A stretch of DNA of 64,000 nt from Eutreptiella sp. 'Long Island Sound 2002' (GCA_964036045.1 OZ038378.1:74958001-75022000); one strand, 5' to 3'. Shown: positions 1-13,168, counted from the first letter of the stretch. Program-made: numbers and translations. Notes: a model not told the origin generated them from the sequence alone.

Positions 1-3000
1 CCGCTGTGGGGCATGGCCTTCGCTGCTATGGGGGCGCCGAGGCCTCCGCCGTTAGGGAACAGGGGCCTGGGCCGGTTTGGTAATGCCGGCACCTCCACAG
101 CCTAGGGGTAGGGGCCACTTTGGCAACGCCGGGGCCAGTGCCGCTTTGGGGTGGCGTCTTGCGCTTTGGGTCCCAGCCTCCGCCATTTTACGGTCCGTCG
201 GGGCGTTTGCCGTTTCTAGGAGGCGCCTCCTCCGCTTCGGGGCAGGGGCCTCCGCCGCTTTGGGAAGACTCGGGCGTCTGTTGTTTTGGTGCAAGGGCCT
301 CCACCACTTGCGAAACGCCGGCACCTCTGCTGCTTTTGCGTAGTGGCCTCCGCCACTTTGGCAGCACCAGGGCCTCCGCTGCTTTGGAGCAGGCGCCTCG
401 GCCGTTTCCACGGCTGGGGCGTTCGTGTCTTTGGAGCACAGGCGGGCGCCTCTTGGGCCACCCCGCGGCTTGTGCCGCGTTGGCACAGGGGCCTCCCCTA
501 CTTTGGGAACACCGCGGGTTCGGCTGCCTCTTGGCAGGGGCTGTGGCGCTTTTGGGTAGGGGCCACCGCCGATTCTGGGGAGCTGCCTCTGTCGCTTCGT
601 AGCACCCCCCCCTTTGTGGTGGCAGCATCCGCTTTTTGGAGCAAGGGCTACCGCCGGTTTGGGGCACGGGCCTCAACCACTTTGGGAACCCTAGGACCCC
701 CGCCGCTTTTGGGTGGGGGCCTGCTCCACTTTTGGACCGCTGCGGCCTCCGCCGCTTTCGGGCAGGCGCCTCCACCACTTTTCGGACGCCTCTGGGGTTC
801 TCCGCTTTTGGCACGGGCCTCCAGCGCTTTGGGAACACTGGCACATCCGCTACTTTGGGGCAGGGACCTCAGATGTTTTGGGGAAGGGGCCTCCTCTGCT
901 TTTGGGCAAGGGGCTTCTCCCAATTCGCGACGACCGGGCCTAGGGCCACTCTAGGGTGGGGGCCTTTGCAACTTTGGGAAAGCCGCGGCCTCCTGCGCTC
1001 TAGGGCAGGAGCCTTCGCCACTTTTGAGAACGCCCCGGCCTGTGCATCTTTTGGGCTAGGGCCCTCCGCCACTTCGAGGCAGGGGCCTGTACCGCTTTGG
1101 GCACTTTTGGAACACCGGGGCCTCCACCTTTTTGGGGCAAGGGGCACTGCTCTTCTCGCAACGCATTGCTATCCTCTTCCTGGGCAGGGGCCTTCGTCGC
1201 TTCGGCAACACCGTGGCATTTGCACGGGCGACTCCCGCGCTTTGGGGTGCGGGCGTTCGCCGCTTTAGGGCTTCTGAGACGTCCGCCGCTTTGGGGCATG
1301 TGCGTCCGTGCTTTGGGGCAGGGGCTTCCGCCGCTTTGACACTACTGGGGCCGTTGCCGCTTTGCGGCAAGGCCTTGCACCGCTTTCGGGCAAGGGCCTC
1401 CCCTGCCAGCCCCGGGGCCTACGTTACTTTTGAGCAGGGGCCTGCGCCGTTTTGGGGCAGGGGTCTCTGCCGCTTTAAGATCCCCCGGGCCTCCGCTTTT
1501 TTTGGGCTGGGGCCTCTGCCGCTTTGGGGTAGGGGCCTTTGCCACTTTTGGGCACGGCCCTCCGCCCCTTGGGCTACGCCGGGACCCCCGCCGCTTTGCG
1601 ATGGCTACGGTCTCCACTGGTTTGGATTAAGGCCCTCAGCCATTACGGACTGCTAGGGCGTCTGCCGCTTTGGGGCACAAGCCTGGTGCTTTGGGAATCC
1701 CGGGGCCCGCGGTGCTTAGGGACGGGGGCCTCCTTTGCTCTTGGACCACCGCGGCCTCCGCTTCTCTGGGGCAAGGGCTTGCATTAATCGGACCGCTGTG
1801 GGAGCCTCAGTTTTTCGCAAGGGCCTTCACTGCTTTGGGAACACTCGCGGTCCCGTTGCTTTGGCGGTCCGTGGAATCGTTGATGCCCTTCACCGAAAGG
1901 GGCGGAGACGGTAGTGGTCCCAAAGAGGCGGAGGCCCTTCCCCAAAGCGGCGAGCGGCCTCGTGTTGCCCCCGCGGCAGAGGCCCGTGCCCCAAAGTGGC
2001 GGAGGCCACAATGGTTTCAAAGCGGTAGATGCTCCAGCCCAAATGGAGCAGAGGCCCCGGGGTTCTCAAAGGCCCCCACCCCGCTGCGGGCAAGGGCATC
2101 CGCTGCATTGGGGCAAGGGCCCCCGTCGCTTTGGGAACCCCATGATCCTTGACAGTCCGGGGCAGGGGCCTCTGCCTTTTTTCGGGACGCCGTGGGGTCC
2201 TCTCCTTATGGTATGGGCCGCCACAGCTTTGGGAACACCGGCACTTCTGCTGCCCTGGGGCAGGGGCCTCGGCATTTTCTAGGGAAGCGGCCTCCTCTGC
2301 CCCCCCCCCCCCCCCAACGTTGGAACCACCGGGGCTTTTGCCACTCTTGGGAGGGGGCCTCTATAACTTTTGGAAACCCGCGGCCGTTGCCGTCCTCGGG
2401 TTGGTCCGTTGCTCTCGAACCGCTGTGCCCTGCGCCGCTTTGGCTCAAGCGCCTTAGCCATTTTACAGATTGCCGGGGCGTCCGTCGATTTCGGGCAGGT
2501 GTCCGGTTCTTTATCTGCCCCGGGGCGTCCAATGCCTTCGGGCATGGTCCTCAGCCATTTCTTGGATGTGGCCTCTGCCTCATCGAGGCACACCTCTCCG
2601 CTGCTCCTTGGGGCGGGGGGCCTTCACTGGTTACGGAACACCAGGGCTGTGGCTGCTTTCCGGCAGGGGCCACCGACGCTTGGGGGCAGGGGCCTCCGCC
2701 ATTTGCTGGACTGCACTTGGGTGCTTCTTTTTTGGCAAGGGACTCCACGGTATTGGGAACGTTGGCACTTTCGCCGCTTTGGCTCCGGGGCCACTTCTGT
2801 TTTTTGGGAAGGTGCCTCCTCCGTTTTGGGGCATGGGCCTCCCCCACTTTGGGAACTTCAGGGCCTCAGCCACTCTTGTGAGGGTTCCGCTGCAACGTTA
2901 TGAAAGCTATGGCAGCCGCTGCTTTGAAAAATCCGGGGCATGCACTTCTTTTGGGCAACAGCCTTCGGTGTTTTGGAAGCACTGGAGCCTCCGCGACCCA

Positions 3001-6000
3001 GCACCGTGCCCTCCGCCACTCTAGGGCGCGGGCGTTTGCCGCTGTGCTGCAAGGGCGTGCTTCGCTTTGGGAACCTTGGGGCCTTTGCCGCTTTAGGGCG
3101 GCAGCCTTCGCCGCTTTTGGACTGCCGGGAGTTCGCCGCTTTGGCGCACTGGCGTCCACCGCTCTTTGGACCGCTGCGGCCTCGACTGCTTTGTGTCAAG
3201 GGCCTCCGCCAGGGGAATGCTTGGGCTCCTGCCGCTTTGGGGTAGGGGCCTGATCCGCTTTGCGGACACCGGGGCTTGCATGGCGTTGGGACCGCCGGGG
3301 CCTGCACTACTTTTGGGTAGTGGCCTGTGCAGCTTTTAGGACGCCGGGGCGTCCGACGTTTTGGGGATGCCCTGGCCCTTGGTCCTTTGCTGTTTGGGCC
3401 TCTGCCACTTTGGGAAAGCCGGGGCCTCCACAGCTTTAGGGCACGTTCGTCCGCCGCTTTGAGAACTCTGCGTCCTCCGCCACTCTATGGCCGGGGGCCT
3501 CTACCACTTTGCAAAGTGCCACGGCCTCCGTCTCCTTGGCGTAGGGGAATGCGGCGCTTTGGCTACCTTGAAGCCTCCGCCACTTTCAGACGTTGGCCTC
3601 CGCCGCGTTGGAACCCCCGGGGCGTCCAGCGCTCAACATTGGGGCCTCCGCCTTTGAGTGCAGGGGCCTGAGATGCTTTGGGGTAGGGGGCGTTGTCGCT
3701 TGGGCAACGCCGCGGCCTTGGCCTTTTTGGGGTAGGGGCCTCCGCGTTTTGGGGCAAGGGCGTGCTTCGTTTTGGCAACCCCGGGGCCGTTGCCCCTTTG
3801 GGGCGGGGGCCTTCGCCTCTTTGGGACTACCCCAGAGTTCGCCGCTTTAGGGTATGGGCCTGCGCCGTTTTTTTGGGTGCCCGCGGCCTCCGTCGCTTGG
3901 CGCACGAGCCTGTGCCGCTTGGCGTACTATGCAGTCTCCGCCGCTTTGGGAACACCAAGGCCTCTGCCACTCCACACCAAGCCTTCCGCCATTCTAGGGC
4001 GGGGGCCTCCGCCGCTTTGGGGCAGGCGCCTCCGCCGCTTGGCCTACCCCAGGGCCCCCGCCGCCAGCCCTGGGGCCTTGGCTACTTTTCAGCATGGCGC
4101 TGCACCGTTTTGGGTAGGGGTCTCCGCCGCTTTGATGCACCCCGGGCCTGCGCACTTTTTGGGCTGGGGCCTCTACCGCTTTGGGGTAGGGGCCTTCGCC
4201 GCTTTTGGGCAGAGGCGTCCGGCGCTTGGGCGACGCCGGGGCCTTTGCCACTTTGGGGCAAGGGCCTCAGCCGCTTTCGGACGGCTAGGATGTTCGCCTG
4301 TTTGGGCTAAGGCCCTCACCCATTTCACGGACTGGTGGGGCGTGTGGCGCTTTGGGGCACAAGCCTCTGCCGCGTTGGGAACCCCGGGGCTCCCGGCGTC
4401 TAGGGACGGGGCCCTCCTTTGCTCTTGGACCACCGCGGGGTCCGCTTCTTTGGGGCAGGGGCTTGCATTTTTCGGGCCGTTGTGGGGTCGTATATTTTTT
4501 GCACGGGCCTTCACCGCTTTGGGACCACTCGCGCTTCCGTTGCTTTGGAGCAATTGCCTCATTTTTGAGGCAGGTTCTTCGTCTCCTTTAGGACTGGGGC
4601 CTCCCCCCCTTTGGGAACACCGGGGCCTTGGCTCTTCTCTGGCGGGCGCCTCAGCAACTTATGGAAACCGAGGTCCTCCGCCGCTTTGAGAACACCGGGC
4701 TCTCTGCCACTCAACACCGGGGCCTGCACTGCATTGGGGCAAGGGCTCGCCATTTTTTGAGCCACTGTGGACTTCTCCGCTTTTGGTAGGGGGCTCCCCC
4801 GCTTCAACAACGCCGGGGCCTCCGCACTGGTACTTCCTTTGCTTTGCGGCGTGGGCCTTCGCCTTTATGGGAACGGTGAGGCCCTTGCGCTTTGGGAGTG
4901 CGCAGGCCCTACCGCTTTGGGAGTGCTCTGGGCTCTGCTGCTTTCGGGCAAGGGCCTTCGTCGCTTTGGGGCAAGGGCCTCCGCCACTTGGGCGACGCCA
5001 CGGCCTCCGACGATTCGGGTTCGGGGCCTCCGCCACTTTGGGACCACTGCTGTCTTAGCAGCTGCGGGTCAAGGGCCTCCTCCGTTTTACAGACCGCCTG
5101 GCTGTCCTCCGCTTTTGGGAGCGGGCTGAGCTGCTTCGAGGCTCGGGCCTCCGCCGCCTTGGAATGTTTGGGTGTCCGCTATTTTGGAACTGGGGCCTCA
5201 GCCTTTTTGGGGGATGGGGCCTCCACCGCTTCGCGGCACGAGCATCTGCTTCTTGGGCAACGAGAGGGCCTCTGCCGCAATGGGGCGGGGGTTCACCCAC
5301 TTTGGGAACGCTCGGGTATTGGCTGCTTTGCGGCAGAGGCCATCGCCGTTTTGGGGCACCGGTCTCCGACGCTTTTGGAAACCCGGGACCCCCGCCGATT
5401 TGCAGTGGGGCCCTCCTCCGCTTTGTGACCAATACGGCGTCCGCCGCTTTGGGGCACGGGCCTCCGCCGCTTTTGAAACCCGGGATGCCCACCCATTCAG
5501 GGTGGGGGCCTCCTCCACTTTGTGACCACTACGGCATCCGCCGCTTTGGGGGAGGAGCCTCCTCCTTTTGTCACCAGTCCCCACCGTTTTGGGTACACCG
5601 GCACCTCCGCTCCTTTGGGGCAAGTGCCTTGACTTTTTTTGGGGAAGGGGCCTTCTATGATTTGGGGCCGGGCCTCCCCCACCTTAGGAACACAAGGACG
5701 TTGACCACTCTAAGACTGGGCCTCTTGAACATTGGGAAACCCATGGCCCACGCCACTCGGGGGAAGGCCCTCTGTCGCTTTGAGAACCCGAGGCCTCCGC
5801 CCCTTTTGCGCAAGGGCTTTCGGCTGTTTGCGATCACCGGCCCCCCAGCCACTCCAGGGCGCGGGTCTCCGCTGCTTTTGGTCACAGGCGTGGCCATTTT
5901 TTTACAATCGCTATGGTATCTTTCCCTTTTGGGGTACGGGCCTTCGCCGCTTCGGCAACACCAAGCCTCCGCGCTAGCCCCTCTTTGGCTTTAAGGGGGG

Positions 6001-6625
6001 GCTGTTTGGCGTTTTGGGCAACGCCGGCGCCTCCGCCACTTGTGGGGCACGTGCCCCCGCCACTTTGAACCCGCTGCGGCCTCTGCCGCTTTGGGTCAAG
6101 GGCCTTGGCAATTTTTGCCACGCTAGGGCGTTCGGCGCTTTTTGGGGGACTCCACCGCTTCGGGGCAGGGGCGTCCGCCACGTTGGGAGCACCGGGGCGT
6201 ATGCTGCTTTGAAGCAGGTGCCTATTCAGGCCGTCATTGGGGATGGAGCTTGCGCCGCTTTGGGGCACGGTCCTGAGCCGGTTCGGCAATGCTGTGCCTC
6301 TGCCATGTTGCGACAAGAACCTTCCCCACTTTCGGAACACCTGGGCGGGGGCTGCTTAGGGGTAGGGGCCCTTGGCGCTTTGGGGCAAGGGCCACCACCT
6401 GTTTTGGGCAGGTTCGTGTGTCTCTTTTGCGAACCCCCTCGCCGTTTCGGGGCAAGCGCATCCGCAGCATTGGGGCATGGCCCCCGCCGCTTTGCGAACC
6501 ATGAGCCTTGTCGCTTTGGGGCAGGGGTGTCCGCCTTTTCTCGGACCGATGTGGCGTCCTCCGTTTATGGTATGTGCTTCGACGGCTTTGGGAACACCGG
6601 CACCTCTGTTGCTTTGGGGCAGGGG
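1..6625 (+). repeat. SatA GC-rich degenerate satellite (~20-25 bp monomers), TTTGGG strand on +
   Basis: Continuous recurrence of GGGGCCTCCGCCGCTTTGGG with alternating GGCA/GGTA and AACACC linkers. Older internal duplications are visible (e.g. ~1400-1860 vs ~4070-4560). Confidence 0.95.
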
Positions 6626-6903
6626 CACGTGGGGGCTCGCCGGCACCGGACCCTTTACGCCGACTCCCCCCCCCTCCCCCCCCCCCCCCCCCTCCCTTGA
6701 AATTGGCCCGAAAGTGGCGGACCATGGGCGCCGAAGGCGCCCGAAGCAAATTTTGCTTGAATTAGTAGAGGGTTAAAAAATGGTTTTTCAGCACATGTGT
6801 CTATACTCAAAATGCTCAGTTTTTTAGGGTGAACCCAATAGTGGATGAAAACCAAATTGGACCAAATATGAATAACACCCTTGTGCATAGGTATATCAGA
6901 GTT

Positions 6904-6973
6904 GGGCCATACCCTAGTGGTAAAGCAGTGCCTCTGCAACTGGAGGTCCTGGGTTCAAACCCTAGTGGAGGTA
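6904..6973 (+). pseudogene. tRNA-derived (SINE-head-like) sequence with Pol III A and B boxes
   Basis: A-box-like TACCCTAGTGG, B box GGTTCAAACCC and T-arm CTGGG/CCTAG. The anticodon arm is imperfect (CCTC-tgcaactg-GAGG; GCA or CAA) and the acceptor stem does not pair. T-rich tract at ~7013-7045. Confidence 0.65.
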
Positions 6974-7059
6974 AACTACTGGGTCACAGGTAGGGTCAAG
7001 GAGACCATGGGAAATTTTTTGTTTTTGTTTTTTTTGTTTTTTTAGTGCTTTGTTTTTGT

Positions 7060-7322
7060 CCCCTTTGATGGGTATAGCTGAGAAAGCAGGGTTGAGGTAG
7101 CATTTCTGCCCACTTATGGGTCCCCCAGAAGGCAGGGTTTAGGCAGCCAATTCTGATTTTGTCCCCATTTGTTTGGGGACCCCCGAGAATGCAGGGGTGA
7201 TGTAGCATTTCCGCCCTCTTTTGGGCCCACTTTGATCTTGTCCCCTTTGTTAGGGACCCCCGAGACGGCAGGGGTGAGGTAGCCACTTCTGATTTTGTCC
7301 CCGCGATTGGCGTTGGGGACAA
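7060..7322 (+). repeat. Interspersed repeat family B (CCCCCGAGAATGCAGGGGTGA..TAGCATTTCCGCCCTCTTTTGGGCCC)
   Basis: Internally repetitive. Same motifs and orientation as 49776-50130. Confidence 0.8.
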
Positions 7323-7344
7323 GTGGTAGCAGCAGACCAGCACA

Positions 7345-7866
7345 TTGAAGGCATTGGCTGAGTGGTGCATTCATTGTGCTCCCACTGTAGTGCCGACTGT
7401 TCCACGGGATCCCTATCCCTGCATGCCCACGGCACCTACCGATGATAAGGTGGCAACAGACAGTGGTCTGAACAGTGTGGAATGCCAAATTTGCCAACAG
7501 ACCGTGCCGCATCGAGTGCTGCGCACGCACACTGGGCAACACATTCTGCGTGGTCACCACATCGAAGGACAAGCGAGACGGTTGTGCGCCAACATTTGTG
7601 GTTTTTTTGGATCACGGGATGAGTGCACAATCCGCTTGCCATTGCAAACGCGCTCTACGCGTAAGCAGATGGTGGTGGCGGTCAGCTCTTGCCCATCGCA
7701 GCCATCGGAGAGAGCTTTTTTTTTTGGGGAAAAGCGTAGTGCGCGCGGTGCAGACAGGCCCCTCCCCTCCCCCCCTTGCTCCTCCAACGGGTTTCGGAAC
7801 ATACATCAACTCTGTGCATGGTTCGGCCTGGGTGGGGCGCCACTAGCAATAGTGGCCGGGAATTGA
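7345..7866 (+). pseudogene. Fragment of a Cys/His zinc-binding protein (CQIC...LRTHTGQHIL...ICGFFG...C...SSCP)
   Basis: Non-repetitive 173-aa ORF with a C-x2-C-x12-H-x3-H pattern followed by a CGF(C/F)G-like motif. The end is degenerate. It lies inside the 1.5-kb element. Confidence 0.45.
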
Positions 7867-8142
7867 CTCGGGGGTGCTATGCCCTTAAACAAAAGTACCA
7901 CCTACCATGCCCCCCCCCCCTGTTTCAAAACATTTTCTCCAACATACATGCTTCGAAGTGATTAGCGCGATGCGGCGGTCATCTTATGCCATATTTGTGA
8001 GGGTATGGAGCCCCCCCCCCCTTCTTGGCAGCCCCCCTTCGCCCCCCAGACCCAGCCCCCCCCCCCTCCCCCCCCCCACCCTGAAAGTGGTCCGAGAGTG
8101 GGGGGGAGTCGGCGTATGGCCCGTTGCTACGCCCCCCCCGTG

Positions 8143-9210
8143 GGCAGGGGCCTTGGCCTTTTTTAGGGAAGGGGCCTGCCCTGCTTTGCGGCCGGGGCCT
8201 CCCCCACTTTGAGAACACCGGGGCCTTTGCCACTCTTGGCAGGGGGCCTTTATAACTTTTGGAAATCCATGGCCCCTGCCGTCCTCGGGTAGGGTCCTCC
8301 GTCGATTTGAGAACCCCGCGGCCTCTGCTCCTTTTTGGCAGGCGCCTCCGCCACTATGCTACTGACGGGCCCTATGCCGCTTTGTTGCAAGGGCCTTCGC
8401 CGCTATTAGGTAGGTCCTGCTGAGCTTGGGCAACGCCGGGGCCTTTGCTATTTTGGGGTAGGTTCTTGCGCTGTACGGACGGCTACGGCCTCCGCCACTT
8501 TGGGTCAAGGGCCTTAGCCATTTTACGGACTACCGGGGCATCCACTTATTTCAGGTGGGGTGTCTGCTGTTTTATGAGCACCAGGTGTCCGTTCTTTTGG
8601 GGCAAGGGCCTCAGGTGTTTCTAGGATGTGGCACCTGCTTTATCGGGGCACACTCATTCGTTGCTCACTCGGGCAGGGGCGTTCACCGCTTAGGGAACAC
8701 CGGGGCCGTTGCTGCTTTGCGGCAGGGGCCATTATCACTTTGGGGCAGGGGCCTCCGCCATTTGTTGCACTGCAGTTGGGTGCTCCGTCTTTGGCAACGG
8801 GCTCCACCGCTTTGGGAACGCCGGCGCTTTGGGTCCCGGGCCAGTTTTGTTTTTGTGGACGGCCTCCTCCGCTTTGGGGCATGGGACTCCCCCACTTTGG
8901 GAACTTCAGGGCCTCAGCCACTCTTGCGGGGAGGGGGGGGGGGGGCTGTGCAACATTGTGAAAGCTATGTCCTCCACCGCTTTGAGAACCACGGCGCGTG
9001 CACTCCTTTTGGGCAGGGTCTTCGCTGCTTTGGGAACACCGCAGCCTCCGCCACCGCGCACCGGGCCCTCCGCCATTGTAGGGCGCGGGCCTGTGGCGCT
9101 TTGGTGCATGGGCCTCCGCTGCTTGGGCTACGGTGGGTCCTCCGCTGCTTTGGGGCTTGGGCCTCTACCTCTTTTGGGCTAGGGCATATACGGCTTTGGC
9201 AACACTGGGG
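8143..9210 (+). repeat. SatA, + orientation (segmental copy of ~2280-3100)
   Basis: Same monomer. Diagnostic variants are shared with 2340-2880 (e.g. GGGAACTTCAGGGCCTCAGCCACTCTTG). Confidence 0.9.
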
Positions 9211-12200
9211 CCCCTGCCCCAAAGTGTCTAAGGCCCGGCGGTGCCCATAGCGAAGCAAGCCCCTGCTCCAAAGTGGCGGAGGCCCCTACGTCATGGTAGC
9301 AGAGGCGGCGTTGTTGTTGTAGCGGCGGAGGCCCGTGCCCCAAAGCGGCAGAGGCCCGCGCCCTAGAATGGCGGAGGTCCTAGTGTTGAGTGGCGGAGGC
9401 CTTGGTGTTCCCAAAGCGGCGGAGGCTGCATAGTACGGGAAACGGCACAGGCTCGTGCGCCAAGCGACAAAGGCCGCGGGGTCCCAAAAACGGCGCAGGC
9501 CCATACCCTAAAGCGGCGGACTGCCCAAAGATATTGGAGGCCCCGGCGTTCCCAACGCCACGTAGGCCCCGGCGTCCGCAAAGCGGATGAGGCACCTGTC
9601 CCAAAGCGGTGCAACCCCCGGCTTCCCACGGGCGGAGGCCATCGCCCTAAAGCGGTTGAGGCCGTAGCGGTCCAAAGAGCGGTGGAGGCCCGTGCGCCAA
9701 AGCGGCGAGCCTCCGGCAGCCATAAAAGCGGCGAAGGCCCCCACCCGTAAGCGGCGAAGGCCCCAAAGGTCCCAAAATGAAGCACGCCGTTGCGGGAAAG
9801 CGGCGGAGGCCCCCGTGTTCCAAAGCAGCGGAGAGCCCCGCACCAAAGTAGCAAAACCCGCGGCATTCCGAAAACTTCCGAGGCCTCTAACCCAAAGCGG
9901 CGCGAGCTGCGGCGTTTCTAAAGCGTGTGGGGCCCCTGCCCATAAGTGGCGGAGGTTGTGACGTTCCCAAAGCAGCAAAGGCAGTGGCGTTCCCAAAGCG
10001 GCGAAGGCGACGGCATTCCAAAGTTGTAGAGACCCCTGCACTAGAGTGGCGGACATAAGAATTTTCCATTGCGGCGGACGTGGGGGCATTCCCTAAACCG
10101 CAAAATGCATGCCCAAAGCAGCGGGGGGGCCCTACCCCAAGGCGGCGGACGCCCCGACATTCCCAAAGCGGCGGACGCCCCGACATTCCCAAAGCGGTGG
10201 AGGCGCCATTGTTACCAAAGCGGTGAAGGCCATTGGCGTTCCCAAAACGGCGGCAGCCCGTGCCCCAAAAGCGGTAGAGGTCCCAACGTCCTCAGAGTGG
10301 TGGAGATCCGTGCCTCAAAGCGGCGGAGGCCCTAGTGTTGCCAGAGTAATGGTGGCTCCGGTCTTCACAGAGTAGTGGAGGCACTTGACCCAAAAGACAG
10401 GAGGCCCGGTGTCCCCAAAGCTACAAAGGCCCCCGCCCCAACAGCTAAGTCCACGGGAGCCCCAAAGCGGCGGAGGCCCCCCCCCAAAGACGGCACAGCC
10501 CCAAGTTGTCCCAAGCCTACAGAGGCCATGTCCCAAAGCATCGGAGGCTCCGGCGCTCCGAAAGCAACGAAGGACTGTACCTCAAGACAGCGGAGCCCAC
10601 GGTGTCAGCAAACCGGCGCAGGCCCTAGCATTCGCAAAACAACAAAGGCCATGCCCCAAGCGGCGGACGCGCCGATGGGCGGAAAGCGGTGGAAGTCTTG
10701 GCATTCTTGAAGGAGCGGAGGCGTTTCCAACGTGCCAAAGGCCCTCGCCCCAAAGCGTGGGGGGCCGCCGTAAACTCCAAAGCCGTAGAGGCCTGCACCC
10801 TAAAGCGGCGGAGGCTGCAGAGTTCGCAAAGCGGCGTAGGTCCCTGCCCCAAAGCTGGGGAGGCCCCGGCGCTCTTCAATGTCATGGAGGCCCCGGCCCC
10901 AAAGCTGTAGAGGCCGCAGATTTTCCAAAGCGGCGAACGCCCCTACCAGAAAGAAACAGGGCCCCGGCGCTTTGCAAAGGCCCCCGATCAAAAACGGCGG
11001 ACGCCGCGAAGTTCACAAAGGGGGAGAGGTTCATTCCCCGAAGCGGCGAAGGCTCCGGAGTTCCCAAAGCGGCGGAAGCCCGTACCCCAAAGGGGGAGAG
11101 GCGCTGGCATGGCAAAAGCTGCGAAGGCCCTTGCCCTAAAACAGCCTATGCCATGATTTTCCCAAAGTGGCGGAATCTAATGTCCCAAAGCAGCGGAGGC
11201 CCTAGCATTTCAAAGCTACATAGGCCCCCTGCGCGAGAGTGGCGGAAACATCAATGTTGCCAAAGCCGCGGAGGGGAGAGCATTTCCGAAACCGCAGGAG
11301 GCGTGCCACAAGCAGCGGAGGACCTTGCCCCCAAAAAAACGTACGCCCCGTTCTTCCCAAAGCGGTGGAGGCCATTGGTGTTCCCAAAGCGGCCGAAGCT
11401 CAGGCTAGGAAGCAGCGGAGGCCCCAACGTCCCTAGGTCGGCGGAGGTCTATACCTCAAAGGGGCGGAGGCCCTAGTGTCGCCAAAGCAATGGTGGCCCC
11501 GGTGTTCACAAAGCAGCGGAGGCCCTTTACCCAACAGAAGGCAGGCCCCGGTGTTCCAAAAGCAGGGATGGCCCTTGTGGTGCCAAAGCACTGGAGGCAA
11601 TCTTCCTAAAGCTACAAAGCTTTGGGCCCCAAGCAGCTCAAGCCGTGAGAGCCTCAAAGAAGCGGAGGGCGCGGCCTCAAAGCAGCGTAGTCCCTCTTCT
11701 CCTAGAAGCTATAGAGCCCCGTGCCTCAAAGCAGCGGAGGCACCCGTGTTCCCAAAGTCAAGAAGGCCCGTATCCTAAAGTGGCGGAGACCTTGGAGTTC
11801 CCAAAGCGGCGTAAGCCCTAATATTCCCACTTCCACAAAAGCCATGACCCGAGCAATAGAGGCCCCGGCACACGTAAACCGGTGCAGTCCCCGGCGTTCT
11901 TGACCCAAGAGAAAGGAGCCCCCGGTGTTCCAAAAGCAGGGGAGGGCCTTGTGGTGCCAAAGAGCCAGAGGCCCTTAACCCAAAGGAGAAGAGGCCGCCG
12001 TGTTCGAAAAGCTACAAAGTGGCTAGGCCCAAGCAGCTCACCGACGCTTTGGGGTACAGGCCCTTGCCGCTTCGGAAACGTTGGGGCTTTGACCGCTTTG
12101 AGGTGGTGCCCTTTGCCACTTCAAGACCGGCGAGGCCTACACCGCTTTTCGTGTGCCGAGGCCTCCGCTGCTCCGATCATGGGTTTTGTGTAATTGGGAA

Positions 12201-13168
12201 TATTAGGGCGTGTGCCGCTTTGTGAACGCCAAGGTCTCCGCCGCTTTGAGACACGGACTTTTGTCGCTTTGGCAACGTAGGGGCCTCCGCTGCTTTGAGG
12301 CAGGGGCTTGTATAGCTTTGGGACAAACGGGAACTACGCTACTTTGCAGGTTAGGCCCTCATGTCCTTTGGTGCTCTCGCGGTTGTCGGCGGCCCCAATG
12401 CTCGGTAACGTTGTAGAGGCGCCCGCCCACTGGCCCGTGACCGAAAACGGTGGTGGAAGCCGCGTCGCGAAAGCGACGGAGACCCCAGCATCCCAACAGC
12501 CGTGGAGGCCCCTATCCCAAAGGGCAAGGGGCCCGGCGTTACCCAAAGCGACACGGGCCCCGGCGTTTGCCAAAGCGGCTAAGGCCCTTGCCCCAAAGCT
12601 TTGGATGCCCCAGCGTTGCCCAAGCAAGAAAGGCCCTTGCCCCCGAGCGGCGGAGACCTTGGTGTTGCCTAAGCCGCGCAGGCCCTAATATTTGCAATTC
12701 CACAAAAGCCATGACCCAAGCAACAGAGGCCTTGGCACACGGGAAGCAGTGTAGGCCCCGGCGCTCCTGAAGCGCCAAAGGGCACGACCTCAAAGCGGTC
12801 AAGGCCCCAACGTTTCCGAAGCGGCAAAGCCCGTGCGCCAAAGTGTCGGCGGGCCCAGCACTTTGCAAAGCCGTAGATCACCGTCCCCAGGCCCATGACC
12901 GAAAATGGCGGTGAAAGCAGCGTCGCAATAGCAACGGAGACGCCGGCACCCCAAAAGCCGCGGAGGCCCCTATCCCAAAGGGCCAGGGGCCTCGCGGTAC
13001 TCAAAGCGACACACGCCCCAGCATCCGCAATAGTGGTTGAGGCCCTTGCCCCAAAGCGGCGGAGGCCCTAGCGTTGCCCAAGTAGCAAAGGTCCTTGCCT
13101 CAAAGCTGCGGAGGCGTCCGGGGCCCACAAAGCGGGAGACTCCGTGACAGTCTCAAAGCTGTGAAGGG
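9211..13168 (-). repeat. SatA inverted block (CCCAAAGCGGCGGAGGCCCC) with internal + island ~12040-12400
   Basis: Orientation switches at GGGG|CCCC (9210/9211), ~12040, ~12400 and ~13168. 9440-9510 is the reverse complement of 3850-3915. Confidence 0.9.

Larger units (their letters stand above)
6626..8142. mobile_element. Non-autonomous DNA transposon, CACG...CGTG termini, 8-bp TSD GGCAGGGG
   Basis: The left end CACGTGGGGG...TACGCCGACTCCCCCCC (6626-6672) and the right end GGGGGGGAGTCGGCGTA...CCCCCCCGTG (8100-8142) are imperfect inverted repeats. GGCAGGGG flanks both sides (6618-6625, 8143-8150). Removing the element restores a canonical SatA unit. Confidence 0.8.

Noticed and set aside
6904-6973. 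Functional tRNA-Cys/Leu gene
   Set aside because: The acceptor stem does not pair and the anticodon loop is irregular; kept only as a tRNA-derived relic.
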